Shown: positions 10,256 to 19,466 of the stretch, in pieces
Position numbering within the stretch: position 1 is the first letter of the stretch
Layout: every line of letters starts with the position of its first letter
Assembly (NCBI GenBank): GCA_965209055.1
Contig: OZ242374.1
Location: 896,001 to 960,000, forward strand
DNA: 64,000 nt
Source of the DNA: Acidobacteriota bacterium
GTDB lineage: Bacteria; Acidobacteriota; UBA6911; RPQK01; JAJDTT01
Direction: 5' to 3'
Translations under genes and position numbers: made by a program
The notes under the pieces: model-generated
What the model was told of the DNA's origin: nothing
The model's database searches: none
The model's input: the letters and a program-made list of their open reading frames with translations, nothing else

Positions 10256-10346
10256 GAAAAAGGATAGGAGCGGCGGTTTCCTAACCGCCGAACACGAGTG
10301 TGACAAACTTGGCGACGAAGACTGGGCGATTGGAAATCGCCCCTCC
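10256..10346. repeat. REPIN-like doublet of GGAG-type REP palindromes (copy 1)
   Basis: GGAGCGGCGGTTTCCTAACCGCC ... GGCGATTGGAAATCGCCCCTCC in inverted orientation; near-identical copy at 62811-62900. Confidence 0.85.
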
Positions 10347-10364
10347 TGTGAAGGAGCTCAGACC

Positions 10365-10685
10365 ATGATCCTGACCACTACGAACAACATCGAAGGCAAG
10401 ACCATCCGCGAATACTGCGGAGTCGTCACCGGCGAGGCGATCGTCGGCGCCAATATCTTCCGGGACTTCTTCGCCGGCATTCGAGACATCGTGGGCGGAC
10501 GGTCGCACGCCTATGAGAAGGAACTGCAACGGGCACGCGAAATCGCCCTCGACGAGATGGCGGACGCGGCCCGCCGGAGAGGCGGAGACGCCGTGGTCGG
10601 CATCGATCTCGACTACGAGGTCGTGGGCAAGGGAGGCAGCATGCTCATGGTCACCGCCAGCGGCACGGCGGTAAGGGTTCGCTGA
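10365..10685 (+). CDS. ybjQ: YbjQ / UPF0145 heavy-metal-binding domain protein
   Basis: [25 protein letters not shown]...GIDLDYE...[11 protein letters not shown] signature. Confidence 0.93.
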   Translation: MILTTTNNIEGKTIREYCGVVTGEAIVGANIFRDFFAGIRDIVGGRSHAYEKELQRAREIALDEMADAARRRGGDAVVGIDLDYEVVGKGGSMLMVTASGTAVRVR

Positions 10686-10742
10686 CCGGTTTGTTGCCGG
10701 CGCCCGGTTGACGGCAGGATTCCCCGTCCAAGACCGCTCTCG

Positions 10743-11963
10743 TTATCCGGATCCCGCCAGAAACAGGTCCCGGGTGAAGTCCATCAGAAACTCGGGTCCG
10801 TTCCCGGTCACGTGGCAGACGTCGCCCAGCGGCACGAACATCTTTCCGGACCCGGGCAGCGTGTAGGCCGCGTGGATCACGCAGGTCATGCCCTCTTGCA
10901 GCGGTTCCGGGTTGGCTTCGGTGAGGGGCGCGGGCTGTTCGCTGTAGTCCATCCCGATCCCGTGGCCGATGCGGCCTCCCATCAGCGGCATCCCGCGGCG
11001 GGCGGCCAGGTCGCCGATGGTCCTGGCGACCCGGGCGATGGGGACTCCGGCTCGAAGATGTTCCAGGCCGGCGTCCTGGCACTCCCGCGCGGTCCGGAAG
11101 ATCTCCTTCAGATGCGCGGAGGGACGGACCAGGGTCCCGGTCCGCTGGCCGTGGCACCAGTAACCCTTGTAGACCACGTAGGAACAGGAGGCCATCAGGT
11201 CTCCCTCTCCCAGCACCCGCTGGTGGGGCTTGATGTCCAACCGGGTCTCGCTCCATTCGGTGGGCGGCCCCGACGCCATCCAGTACTTGGCGTGGTCGGC
11301 TCCCTCGCGCCGGACCACCCGCTCCATCTCGGCCAGGATTTCGATGCCACGCATGCCGGGCCGCGCCACTTCGAGCATGGTCCGGAAACCCAGATCGCTC
11401 AATTCGGCGGCCCGTTTCATCAGTCCCACTTCGGCCGGTGACTTGACGCCGCGAAGCCGGGCGACCACGTCGTCCGCCCGGCGCAGCTTGGACCCGAGCC
11501 CGGCCGCCAGCGCCTCGTAAAAGGCCAGCGGCATGTTCTGAATCCCGACGACACCCACGTCCTTGTCCCCGACTCCGTTCTCCTCCAGGATAGCGATCGT
11601 CTCGGTGGCGAAGTCGCGAGGTCCCTTGCCCCGTCCCCGGGCGACGGCCACCGCGTGAGGATCGACAGCCTGGACCAGGCGGATGTCTTCCAGCGGAGAC
11701 ACCTCCTCCGCCTGCTCCTGCATGTATTGAATGCCGGCGAACAGGAGTGCCGGCCGGCCGGAGACCGGGACCACAACCACCGAGTCCACGATGCGGTCGT
11801 GGCTGGCCCATCCCGAGAGATAGGCCACGTGGGCGGTCTGGCCCCATTTGTGCTCCGCCGGAGGCGAATAGACAAAGAGAGCGCCCAGGTCCCGTTCCCG
11901 CAGGAACTCCCGGACCCGCTCGTGCCGGGATTCATACTCGTGAGATGAGATGGCTTCATCCAT
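10743..11963 (-). CDS. M24 (creatinase/prolidase) fold protein with atypical metal ligands
   Basis: Creatinase N-domain, LRGVKSPAEV, GHGIG, LQEGMT. Confidence 0.85.
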   Translation of the reverse strand: MDEAISSHEYESRHERVREFLRERDLGALFVYSPPAEHKWGQTAHVAYLSGWASHDRIVDSVVVVPVSGRPALLFAGIQYMQEQAEEVSPLEDIRLVQAVDPHAVAVARGRGKGPRDFATETIAILEENGVGDKDVGVVGIQNMPLAFYEALAAGLGSKLRRADDVVARLRGVKSPAEVGLMKRAAELSDLGFRTMLEVARPGMRGIEILAEMERVVRREGADHAKYWMASGPPTEWSETRLDIKPHQRVLGEGDLMASCSYVVYKGYWCHGQRTGTLVRPSAHLKEIFRTARECQDAGLEHLRAGVPIARVARTIGDLAARRGMPLMGGRIGHGIGMDYSEQPAPLTEANPEPLQEGMTCVIHAAYTLPGSGKMFVPLGDVCHVTGNGPEFLMDFTRDLFLAGSG

Positions 11964-11988
11964 GCCGTTTTCCTTCCTGCAAGACAGC

Positions 11989-12119
11989 GGAGGGACGAGG
12001 TTTCAGTCGCCGGCGGGAACCGACGCCTCGGCGAGATTTCCATACCCCGTACTCCCCCGGTCGGCGGCTGGAAAGCTGCCGCTCCCTCCTTTTTTCGGAG
12101 GCTGGGAAGCCGCCGCTCC
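11989..12119. repeat. Cluster of three degenerate GGAG-type REP palindromes overlapping the 3' end of the next CDS
   Basis: Minus strand GGAGCGGCGGCTTCCCAGCCTCC and AAAAAAGGAGGGAGCGGCAGCTTTCCAGCCGCC; plus strand GGAGGGACGAGGTTTCAGTCGCC. Confidence 0.7.
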
Positions 12120-14012
12120 CTCCAGGTGGATTCGCGCCATGCCGTAGACCAGGAATTCCGGCATGGCGAAACGGAGCCGGCCGGCTTCCACCTGATATTC
12201 AACCGGTTGCGCATCAGGCCGCTCCGGCGACAGCGAATCGACCTTCACTACCCGGGACCCGGACGGAACGACGAAGTCGACGCCCACACGGTCGACGGCG
12301 ATGGGATTCTCGTCGGCGATACCGGTTCCCGCATACCCCTCCGGGCCGGGCTCCCGGCCGTAGTTCACGAAGTGAAGCGTCACCTCGCCTCCTCCGGCCG
12401 GCCGGCTGGCCGAGACCCGCACCGTCTTCGGCGCTTCGAACCGGCTCAGGTCCGAGAAGGTTTCCGTCTCCAATTCCCCGGCGGAATCGATCTCGTAGAT
12501 TCGGCGGTAGGCGTTCCTCTGCTCCGGCCGGATGATCTCGTCCGGAATCACGTCGAAGAGAACGTGACGGTCCATCAGGTGATGTCCGATCTCCTGGAAC
12601 GCCGTCATGGCCGGGATCAGCCGGCCCTGGTGGTTGTGGCTGCGGGGATGCGCCAGCAGGACCTCGCCGTAGGGCCGATTGGCGTGGAAGACCGAATCGT
12701 ACCGCTTCAGGAACCGGTAATAGCGGACGAACTCCCTCCGGGCCGCCGGATCGGTGAAATCGATGTAACGGGCCATGGGCGCTCCGCCGTTGGCCATGAG
12801 CTCAGCCATGGAGGCCCGGATCTTGACCCTCTCGTAGTGGCAGACGGTGTAGGGCTTGTCATCGAACGCGCCCCGGATGTAGCGCAGTTGCAGGGTCGGC
12901 TCCTGCCGGCCCAGGCAGTACCAGAGGTAGCTCTCGTCCTTGCCCCACAGCTCGGAGGGAAGCATCATCCGCTCGTCATTGTTCCCGGTGGGCGGATTCC
13001 CGAAATCCTGGGAGCTGTGGCCCCAGACGGAGGTGATCAGGTCCGGTTTGAGGGAGCGGCCGTACTGGTGAAAGACCTCGTCGAAGGCCTCCTTGTTGAC
13101 CAGATCCGAGAAGAGCTGCATCTCCAGGCGCAGCGGGGTGGTCTCGCTGGGAGGATGCCGGGAGACGATCTCGCTGAATTGGTGAGCCTCCAGGTCCTGG
13201 ATCCCGAACCGGCCGCGCAGTTCCTCCGGATCGTAACGGGACGCCAGGTGAGCCTTGAAGCCCCGCACGCAATACCGGCAGTGGCAGTCGACCCGGTAGA
13301 AGTAGTTGATCTGAAAACCGTCCAGGCCCCGCTCGATCCCCCGCTTGACCCAGGCCTTCAGAACCCGGCGCCAGCCGGGGTTGGAAAGGCAACCCCAATA
13401 GACGGCGTAGGGAGCCGCGTCCCCGTCGAAACTGACGTAGGGAGTGCCGTCCCGGTTCTTGGACAACAGGTCCAAGGGGTCCGCCACCGGTTTCGGACCC
13501 AGCTCGTTCTCGTCCCAGAGTTCGTTGTAGAACTTGAAGAAACCGTCTCCGGGCCGGCCCTCCGCGTCCGGCCTCCCCAACAGGTACTTGGCGACGGAAA
13601 AGTGGCCGACGGGCCTCACGCCCCGTTGCTTGAGCTCACGATTGATCTCTTCGAAGTAGTCGGCGCTGAGCCGGATCCGCTCGGCGGGGTCCTGTGCCTG
13701 GACCACTCCGGCGTGGATGGGCAACAGGGGGCCGGTGACGCCTCTGTTCTTGTCCGGGAGATGGGCGATTGACCAGAAGTCCGCGCCGTAGAAGCCGACC
13801 TGGGCGATCTCCGGCTCGGCCTCTTGGACGAAATCCAGGTAGCCGGGTTCCACGTACCGGGTCCAGTGGACGATCATCCGGGTGAACTCGAGGCGTTGGG
13901 GATCGCTCCCGGCGTCTTCCGGGGGCGGAGTTCCGGTTCGGCAGCCGGACGAGGCCAGGATTGTCAAACCGATGAACGCGATCAGGGAACAGAATTTGGA
14001 ATGAGCAGTCAT
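12003..14012 (-). CDS. Lipoprotein, putative glycoside-hydrolase-like TIM barrel with C-terminal beta-sandwich
   Basis: Lipobox LASSGC; C-LSNPGW, GLDGFQ, CHCRYC motif as in GH42/GHL-like proteins; HFVNY in the C-terminal domain. Confidence 0.6.
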   Translation of the reverse strand: MTAHSKFCSLIAFIGLTILASSGCRTGTPPPEDAGSDPQRLEFTRMIVHWTRYVEPGYLDFVQEAEPEIAQVGFYGADFWSIAHLPDKNRGVTGPLLPIHAGVVQAQDPAERIRLSADYFEEINRELKQRGVRPVGHFSVAKYLLGRPDAEGRPGDGFFKFYNELWDENELGPKPVADPLDLLSKNRDGTPYVSFDGDAAPYAVYWGCLSNPGWRRVLKAWVKRGIERGLDGFQINYFYRVDCHCRYCVRGFKAHLASRYDPEELRGRFGIQDLEAHQFSEIVSRHPPSETTPLRLEMQLFSDLVNKEAFDEVFHQYGRSLKPDLITSVWGHSSQDFGNPPTGNNDERMMLPSELWGKDESYLWYCLGRQEPTLQLRYIRGAFDDKPYTVCHYERVKIRASMAELMANGGAPMARYIDFTDPAARREFVRYYRFLKRYDSVFHANRPYGEVLLAHPRSHNHQGRLIPAMTAFQEIGHHLMDRHVLFDVIPDEIIRPEQRNAYRRIYEIDSAGELETETFSDLSRFEAPKTVRVSASRPAGGGEVTLHFVNYGREPGPEGYAGTGIADENPIAVDRVGVDFVVPSGSRVVKVDSLSPERPDAQPVEYQVEAGRLRFAMPEFLVYGMARIHLEGAAASQPPKKGGSGSFPAADRGSTGYGNLAEASVPAGD

Positions 14013-14088
14013 CGTTGGATCCCCGAGGCATTTGGATTCAAGGATGCGATCCTAGCCGAGTAAAAAGTATGGTTGTTGGGCAATGCCA

Positions 14089-14424
14089 TCACACGGATGG
14101 GGCCTCCTCGTCCATGTCGGAGAAATTCGTGATCGTGACGTCTCCCTGAGGGAACTTGGCGACGATGCTCAATCGGCCACCCATGGCTTCAATGTACGCC
14201 CGGAGATTCGAGACGTACATGTCCGCCCGCCGCTCCAACCTCGCAACTGCCGGCTGCTTGACGTTCAAGGCTTCGCCCAAGGCCTTTTGAGTCATCGCCC
14301 GTGCCTGTCGCAATTCGTGGAGCAACATCGCCGCGCGCAACTTCGTCTTTCGGGCCTCGATTCGGGCGCGCCGCTCTCGCGTATACCCCTTCGTCAAATC
14401 CTTGAAAGCGTGACGGCCACTCAA
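14089..14424 (-). CDS. XRE-family HTH antitoxin (HigA-like)
   Basis: LHELRQARAMTQKALGEALNVKQPAVARLERRADMYVSNLRAYIEAMGG; 4-bp overlap with the toxin stop. Confidence 0.92.
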   Translation of the reverse strand: MSGRHAFKDLTKGYTRERRARIEARKTKLRAAMLLHELRQARAMTQKALGEALNVKQPAVARLERRADMYVSNLRAYIEAMGGRLSIVAKFPQGDVTITNFSDMDEEAPSV

Positions 14425-14783
14425 TTGCTCAGCCCTTCCTTTCTCAATTCGTCCAAATGGTCATCATAGAGTTTGTCAGCCATCGGCACGTAACGCTTGT
14501 AGAAACGACAGTCGCCGGTCTTGTCACCGCCGATCAACAGAATTACCGACCGTCTCGGATCGAACGCGTAGAATACGCGTATGGGTCGGCCACGGCTCTG
14601 AACCCGAAGTTCGCGCATATGGTCGTGCCGGGAACCCGCTACAGCCGAAGAGTACGGAAACGGTAACGATGGCCCGGCTTCCATCAGCAATTCCACCACA
14701 GCGGCTACATCATCCTGCGCGGGTTCCGAGAGTTCGTTCCACCACGATCCGAACTGATTTGTGTATTCGACAGCCCAAGTCAT
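14421..14783 (-). CDS. RelE/HigB-like (Gp49/DUF891-type) type II toxin
   Basis: GPSLPFPYSS...MRELRVQ..GRPIRVFYAFDPRRSVILLIGGDK; toxin upstream of antitoxin (higBA order). Confidence 0.92.
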   Translation of the reverse strand: MTWAVEYTNQFGSWWNELSEPAQDDVAAVVELLMEAGPSLPFPYSSAVAGSRHDHMRELRVQSRGRPIRVFYAFDPRRSVILLIGGDKTGDCRFYKRYVPMADKLYDDHLDELRKEGLSN

Positions 14784-14785
14784 TC

Positions 14786-14817
14786 TTCCATATATTACAT
14801 AAATGGAATACTGTCAA
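14786..14817 (-). promoter_or_regulatory. TA promoter with overlapping palindromic operator
   Basis: TTGACA on the minus strand (14812-14817); inverted repeat TTCCATATAT-TAC-ATAAATGGAA (14786-14808) just before the toxin ATG. Confidence 0.7.
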
Positions 14818-14853
14818 CTGTCTCCATTGACACTCTCGTCCAGGGCTTCTTGA

Positions 14854-17139
14854 ATGTCAGTCATGTTTTTTATTTGCCGGAAGCGTGGTCTGAAGGGTTT
14901 CTTGACGGGGTCGGGTTGGATCGGCACGGCGGCGTTGCTGGCATCCTGGGCCGTCTCCACCTCTGCGTCCCATCACCTGCCGTCGTCGTTGCGCGAACCC
15001 TTTCGCCCGGACTCCCACACCGTGGTGCTGTACCACTTCGATGAAGGACAGGGGGAGGAAGCCCACGACGCCATGGGCGACCCGGCCCTGACTCTGAAGG
15101 CCCACAAGAAGGCCTTGTGGGGATCCCGTCCCGGATTCGGATCCACGGCGCGGTTCACGGTCCGCGAGGACGACGCCAACCTTCGGATCGGACCGGTGAA
15201 CAACGACAAGCTGGAGTTGCGCACCTGCACCGAGGCCTGGACGGTGGAGGCCTGGGTGCGCTACGACGGGTTCGCCCTGAGCGGAATCCGCTTGAACCAT
15301 CCGGCTTCCTACCGGCCGCGCGGGTCGGGCACCGCCGGTCCCTTCGCCAAGATCTGCGGGACCGACGACGAGGGTTTCAGCCTGCCGCCGGGGGTCCGCG
15401 GCGGATGGGATTTCAGCCTGCATTCCTGGTTGGACGAATGGCCGGTGAGCCCCGGACTGCTGCCGGGGGCCCGGTTCATCGGTTCGCAGAAGCGGGCGCC
15501 CCACAGCGACACCGGCGGATTCGCCTATGCGGGACGCAAGGCCGGATACGGTACGCAGGTCCATGCCGACGCCATCCAGAAGCCGGAATGGCGCCACGTG
15601 GCGTGGCAGTTCCGTTACGAGGACCAGACCCACTACATGTTCCTGGACGGGAAGCTGATCTGGAAGGCCACCCCCAGCCGGCGGGTGATCAACGACGCGG
15701 ACCGCAACGACATTCCCTTCACGGTCGGCGGGATCGTCAACTCGCTGGACCCGCCCTACCACGTCAAGACCTACGACTTCGAAGGGGAGGTGGACGAGCT
15801 CCGCATCTCCGACGTCATGCGCTACCCGGTGGCCGAGAAATTGGCCATCGTCCGGCGGCTGCTTCCGGAAGCCGGAATGCACGCTCCGTATTTTGTGAGA
15901 TTCTCCGCCGACGCAGCCCGGGGAGACGTCCGCTGGGAGCATGTTGGAGGAAGGCTGCCGGATGGATTGACCTTCAACGAGGCTGCGGGGACCTTGGAGG
16001 GGCGGCCGGCGGAACCGGTCCGGGAACGTTCCTTCACGCTGCGGGCGACGGATTCGGCGGGGAATGAAGACGAGCACACCTTCGCTGTCACCGTCGCTGC
16101 GGCCGAGGTCGTCACCGCCTCCCTCCCCCTCGGCTTCATGGGAGTCCCCTACCGCCACATCCTCGAGACTCGTCACATGGTGAAGCCGGTGACGTGGAGC
16201 CTGACGGAGGGGAGCTTGCCGGAAGGGATCTCCCTCGACGCGAAGCAGGGTGAACTCATCGGCAACCCGTCAGCGCTCCAACTCGGAAGGCTTCGGCTCC
16301 AGGCCACCGACGCGGCGGGCCAGAGTGCGTCGAGAAGGTTCGACTTGAAGGTCGCTCCGGGGCAGCTCCGCAGCATCGGCCCCGACGACCGGACCGTCGC
16401 CCTCTGGGACTGGCAGGGACCCGGCGGCAGGCACATTCCGGACGTGATGGGAGATGCCGAACTGACTCTGACCTGGGTCAACACCAAGGGCGGTACCCGG
16501 TTGCCCCGGCCGGGCTGGGGACAATATCCCCATTTCATCGGAGGCGGCGAAGGGGGCTTCGTGGGGCCCCAGTGGAACCGGAAGGTGGACCTCCAGACCA
16601 TCGAGGACGAGTGGACGGTGGAGGCATGGGTCCGCCGGGCGGGACCCATCGACGGCTATTTTCGCGAGTTTCACTTCGGTCATGTCTGCGGCACCTACGA
16701 CAACACCGAACGGGGGGTCTGGGAACTCTATCTTTCCGATCAGGGTTCGTCCGACGGAAGCATGGCGCCGGGGGTCCATTTTTTCGGGGCCGAGCCGGAT
16801 CAGGCCCTGAGGGACCTGCATCCCTACAGCCGTCCCGAGGGCACGGTAGCGGATCCGAAGTGGGTGGGAATCCGCGATACCGCGTGGCACCACATCGCCT
16901 GGCAGTACTCCTACGCCGAGGACCTCCACCAACTCTTCCTGGACGGCCGGTTGATCTGGGAGATGAAGAGCCCGGACGGCCGCAAGCTGGTCAACAACCG
17001 CAGGCACCTGGCCCAGTTCTCGGTGGGAAGCCGTCTGGACGGACGCGCCCGCTACGGCGGGAAATTCAACTGGCTGGGATATGGGAACTTCTTCGGACAG
17101 ATCGGCGAGATCCGGATTTCCCGCGTCCGGCGATACTGA
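14854..17139 (+). CDS. Secreted protein with two LamG-like jellyroll domains flanking two He_PIG-type Ig repeats
   Basis: Duplicated WTVEAWVR / WxHxAWQ / FLDGxLIW / GxxxExRIS motifs; GxLPxGxxxxxxxGxLxGxP Ig repeats. Confidence 0.8.
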   Translation: MSVMFFICRKRGLKGFLTGSGWIGTAALLASWAVSTSASHHLPSSLREPFRPDSHTVVLYHFDEGQGEEAHDAMGDPALTLKAHKKALWGSRPGFGSTARFTVREDDANLRIGPVNNDKLELRTCTEAWTVEAWVRYDGFALSGIRLNHPASYRPRGSGTAGPFAKICGTDDEGFSLPPGVRGGWDFSLHSWLDEWPVSPGLLPGARFIGSQKRAPHSDTGGFAYAGRKAGYGTQVHADAIQKPEWRHVAWQFRYEDQTHYMFLDGKLIWKATPSRRVINDADRNDIPFTVGGIVNSLDPPYHVKTYDFEGEVDELRISDVMRYPVAEKLAIVRRLLPEAGMHAPYFVRFSADAARGDVRWEHVGGRLPDGLTFNEAAGTLEGRPAEPVRERSFTLRATDSAGNEDEHTFAVTVAAAEVVTASLPLGFMGVPYRHILETRHMVKPVTWSLTEGSLPEGISLDAKQGELIGNPSALQLGRLRLQATDAAGQSASRRFDLKVAPGQLRSIGPDDRTVALWDWQGPGGRHIPDVMGDAELTLTWVNTKGGTRLPRPGWGQYPHFIGGGEGGFVGPQWNRKVDLQTIEDEWTVEAWVRRAGPIDGYFREFHFGHVCGTYDNTERGVWELYLSDQGSSDGSMAPGVHFFGAEPDQALRDLHPYSRPEGTVADPKWVGIRDTAWHHIAWQYSYAEDLHQLFLDGRLIWEMKSPDGRKLVNNRRHLAQFSVGSRLDGRARYGGKFNWLGYGNFFGQIGEIRISRVRRY

Positions 17140-17160
17140 TTGCGACTGGGGAGGCTGACG

Positions 17161-18618
17161 ATGGCGAATCGCAATTCTCTGTTCAGCATCGGTGCGGCGC
17201 GGCGACCCGGCCGTCCCCATTGGACGCCCGCTTCGCTCCTGGTCCTCACGCTTTCGCTTCTCTCCTGCCAGACACCTCCTGAGACAGTTCGGCCCAACCT
17301 GATCGTCATCTTCTGCGACGACCTGGGCTACGGCGACCTGGGAAGCTTCGGGCATCCCACCATCCGGACCCCGAATCTGGACCGCATGGCCCGTGAAGGG
17401 CAGAAGTGGACCCATTTTTACTCCGCCGCCAGCGTCTGCACTCCCAGCCGCGCCGCCCTCCTCACCGGACGGCTGCCGGTGCGCAACGGCATGATGAGTC
17501 CGAAGCACCGCGTGCTGTTCCCCGATTCGGCAAGCGGAATTCCCGAAGCGGAGGTGACACTGGGGGAGGCGCTTCGGGATGCCGGTTACGCCACGGCCTG
17601 CGTCGGGAAGTGGCACCTTGGACATCTGCCCCGATACCTGCCCACCAACAACGGCTTCGATTCCTACTTCGGCATCCCCTATTCCAACGACATGGACCAG
17701 ACCCGGAAAGAATCGACCCGGGACCTGGTGAAGGAAGCCCGAATCGAGTACTGGAACGTCCCCCTGCTCCGGGACCGGGAGGTCGTGGAGCGTCCGGCCG
17801 ACCAGCGGACCATCACCAGGCGTTACTCGGAAGAGGCGGTCCGGTTCATTGGGGAAAACCGGGAGCAGCCCTTCTTCCTCTACCTGGCCCACAGCCTTCC
17901 CCACGTGCCGCTGTTCGCGTCGGAGGACTTTCTGGGAACCAGCAGGCGCGGCCTGTACGGCGACGTGGTGGAGGAGATCGACCACGGCGTGGGGCAGATC
18001 ATGCAGGCCCTGACCGAACTGGGCATTGCCGAACGCACCCTGGTGGTCTTCACCTCGGACAACGGCCCCTGGCTGCCGTACCGGGAGCATGGAGGCTCCG
18101 CGGGGCTGTTGCGCGAGGGGAAGGGATCGACCTGGGAAGGGGGCATGCGGGAACCCACGATTTTCTGGTGGCCGGGCCGCCTCGATTCGGGAGTGGTGAT
18201 GGAGCTGGGCTCCACCCTCGACCTGTTCTCCACCTTCTGCGGGATCGCCGGCGCCAAGGTGCCGTCCGACCGAATCATGGACAGCTACGACCTGTCACCT
18301 GTGTTGTTCGGCAGCGGAGAGAGTCCGCGCAAGAACATGTTCTTCTACCGCGAGTCGAAGCTCTACGCCGTTCGGCAGGGCGAATTCAAGGCTCACTTCA
18401 TCACCAAGCCGGTCTACACCGGACGGACCGAAGCCGAGACGCACCACGACCCGCCGTTGCTGTATCACCTGGGCCGGGATCCGGGCGAGCAGTACGACGT
18501 GGCCCACCTGTATCCGGGCGTGATTCAAGACATCGAAAAGCTGGTGGCCGGCCACCGGTCGGAGATGGTCTTCGGTGAGGACAGGCTCGCCCAGCGCAGT
18601 CCGGACGCCCTGCGGTGA
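17161..18618 (+). CDS. Arylsulfatase-type sulfatase, lipoprotein
   Basis: DDLGYGD, CTPSRAALLTGR (formylglycine motif), GKWHLG, FTSDNG; lipobox LLSC; GGAGG RBS. Confidence 0.95.
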   Translation: MANRNSLFSIGAARRPGRPHWTPASLLVLTLSLLSCQTPPETVRPNLIVIFCDDLGYGDLGSFGHPTIRTPNLDRMAREGQKWTHFYSAASVCTPSRAALLTGRLPVRNGMMSPKHRVLFPDSASGIPEAEVTLGEALRDAGYATACVGKWHLGHLPRYLPTNNGFDSYFGIPYSNDMDQTRKESTRDLVKEARIEYWNVPLLRDREVVERPADQRTITRRYSEEAVRFIGENREQPFFLYLAHSLPHVPLFASEDFLGTSRRGLYGDVVEEIDHGVGQIMQALTELGIAERTLVVFTSDNGPWLPYREHGGSAGLLREGKGSTWEGGMREPTIFWWPGRLDSGVVMELGSTLDLFSTFCGIAGAKVPSDRIMDSYDLSPVLFGSGESPRKNMFFYRESKLYAVRQGEFKAHFITKPVYTGRTEAETHHDPPLLYHLGRDPGEQYDVAHLYPGVIQDIEKLVAGHRSEMVFGEDRLAQRSPDALR

Positions 18619-18651
18619 CGTAGAACCGGGAGCCGGGTTGGCCGCCGATCG

Positions 18652-19449
18652 TCACATTTGAGGCTTGTCGAGTTGGTCGGTGCTGATCTCGTCGCGGGAA
18701 ATCTTGTGGACGCTTTTGGGGTTGAAGGTCTGCCGAGTGCCGGACCGAAGGGCGACCTCGATTCTGCCGCCGGTGAGGACGAAGAACTGGAGCAGGAATC
18801 CGCCTCCCTGCATGGTCTCGATCTGGTATTCCTCTGCCGTCAAGTCTCCGATCCACCCGGGAATCCGGCGTTCCAACTCCGGGTTTTCCGCGATCTCCCG
18901 TGGGAGGGCCATGATCAGAGTGCCCGGCTCTGAAGCCAGCAAACCCGGGATCCGGGTCCGGATCTGCGCCATGAAGGAGATGATGCGGCCGGCCCGCTCC
19001 AGAGGCGCTTCCCGGCCATCCGAAGGCGGCGGCTCGATGCCCCAGGTGATGTGATGGATAAACGGGTTGCCCTGTCCCTGCCGGAGCATTTGATCCCGGG
19101 CCGACTCGTCGACGGGATGGACCACGGCGACGTAGTCGAACCAGCCCTGGTACCTGGCGGCGCTGTTTCCCACCAGGCCCGACGGGACGTTGATGTAGTC
19201 GTGGCCGTCCACCGGCGAGGGGTAGCAGCGGGCGTCCCAACCGGCCACGTAGCCCAGTTCCCTCAACGGTCCGGCGACCAGGTGCGGAGGGTCGCTGAAG
19301 ATGGCCGCATGGTCCGGATTGGGCAGAAGTGGAATCCCGGCTCCGGCCATCTTCTCTCCCACTTCCAGGGCCTCTTCCAAGCGGGCCCCGGCATTGGGAA
19401 TGGTCAGGTAACGATCGAAATTCCCGGGAAGTCGAATCGGATCACGCAT
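18652..19449 (-). CDS. Hypothetical VOC-fold protein resembling the HPPD catalytic domain
   Basis: NPDHAAIF, NPFIHHITW, GGFLLQFFVL, RIEVALR. Start is 19449 or 19470. Confidence 0.55.
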   Translation of the reverse strand: MRDPIRLPGNFDRYLTIPNAGARLEEALEVGEKMAGAGIPLLPNPDHAAIFSDPPHLVAGPLRELGYVAGWDARCYPSPVDGHDYINVPSGLVGNSAARYQGWFDYVAVVHPVDESARDQMLRQGQGNPFIHHITWGIEPPPSDGREAPLERAGRIISFMAQIRTRIPGLLASEPGTLIMALPREIAENPELERRIPGWIGDLTAEEYQIETMQGGGFLLQFFVLTGGRIEVALRSGTRQTFNPKSVHKISRDEISTDQLDKPQM

Positions 19450-19466
19450 GGTTCCAAGGGACGCGG

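Noticed and set aside
14060-14850. Prophage or integrative element around the TA pair
   Set aside because: No integrase, att-like repeats or phage genes seen.
17137-17160. In-frame TGA between the LamG gene and the sulfatase as selenocysteine or readthrough
   Set aside because: The sulfatase has its own GGAGG RBS, ATG and lipoprotein signal, and the TGA is not at a redox-Cys-like position.
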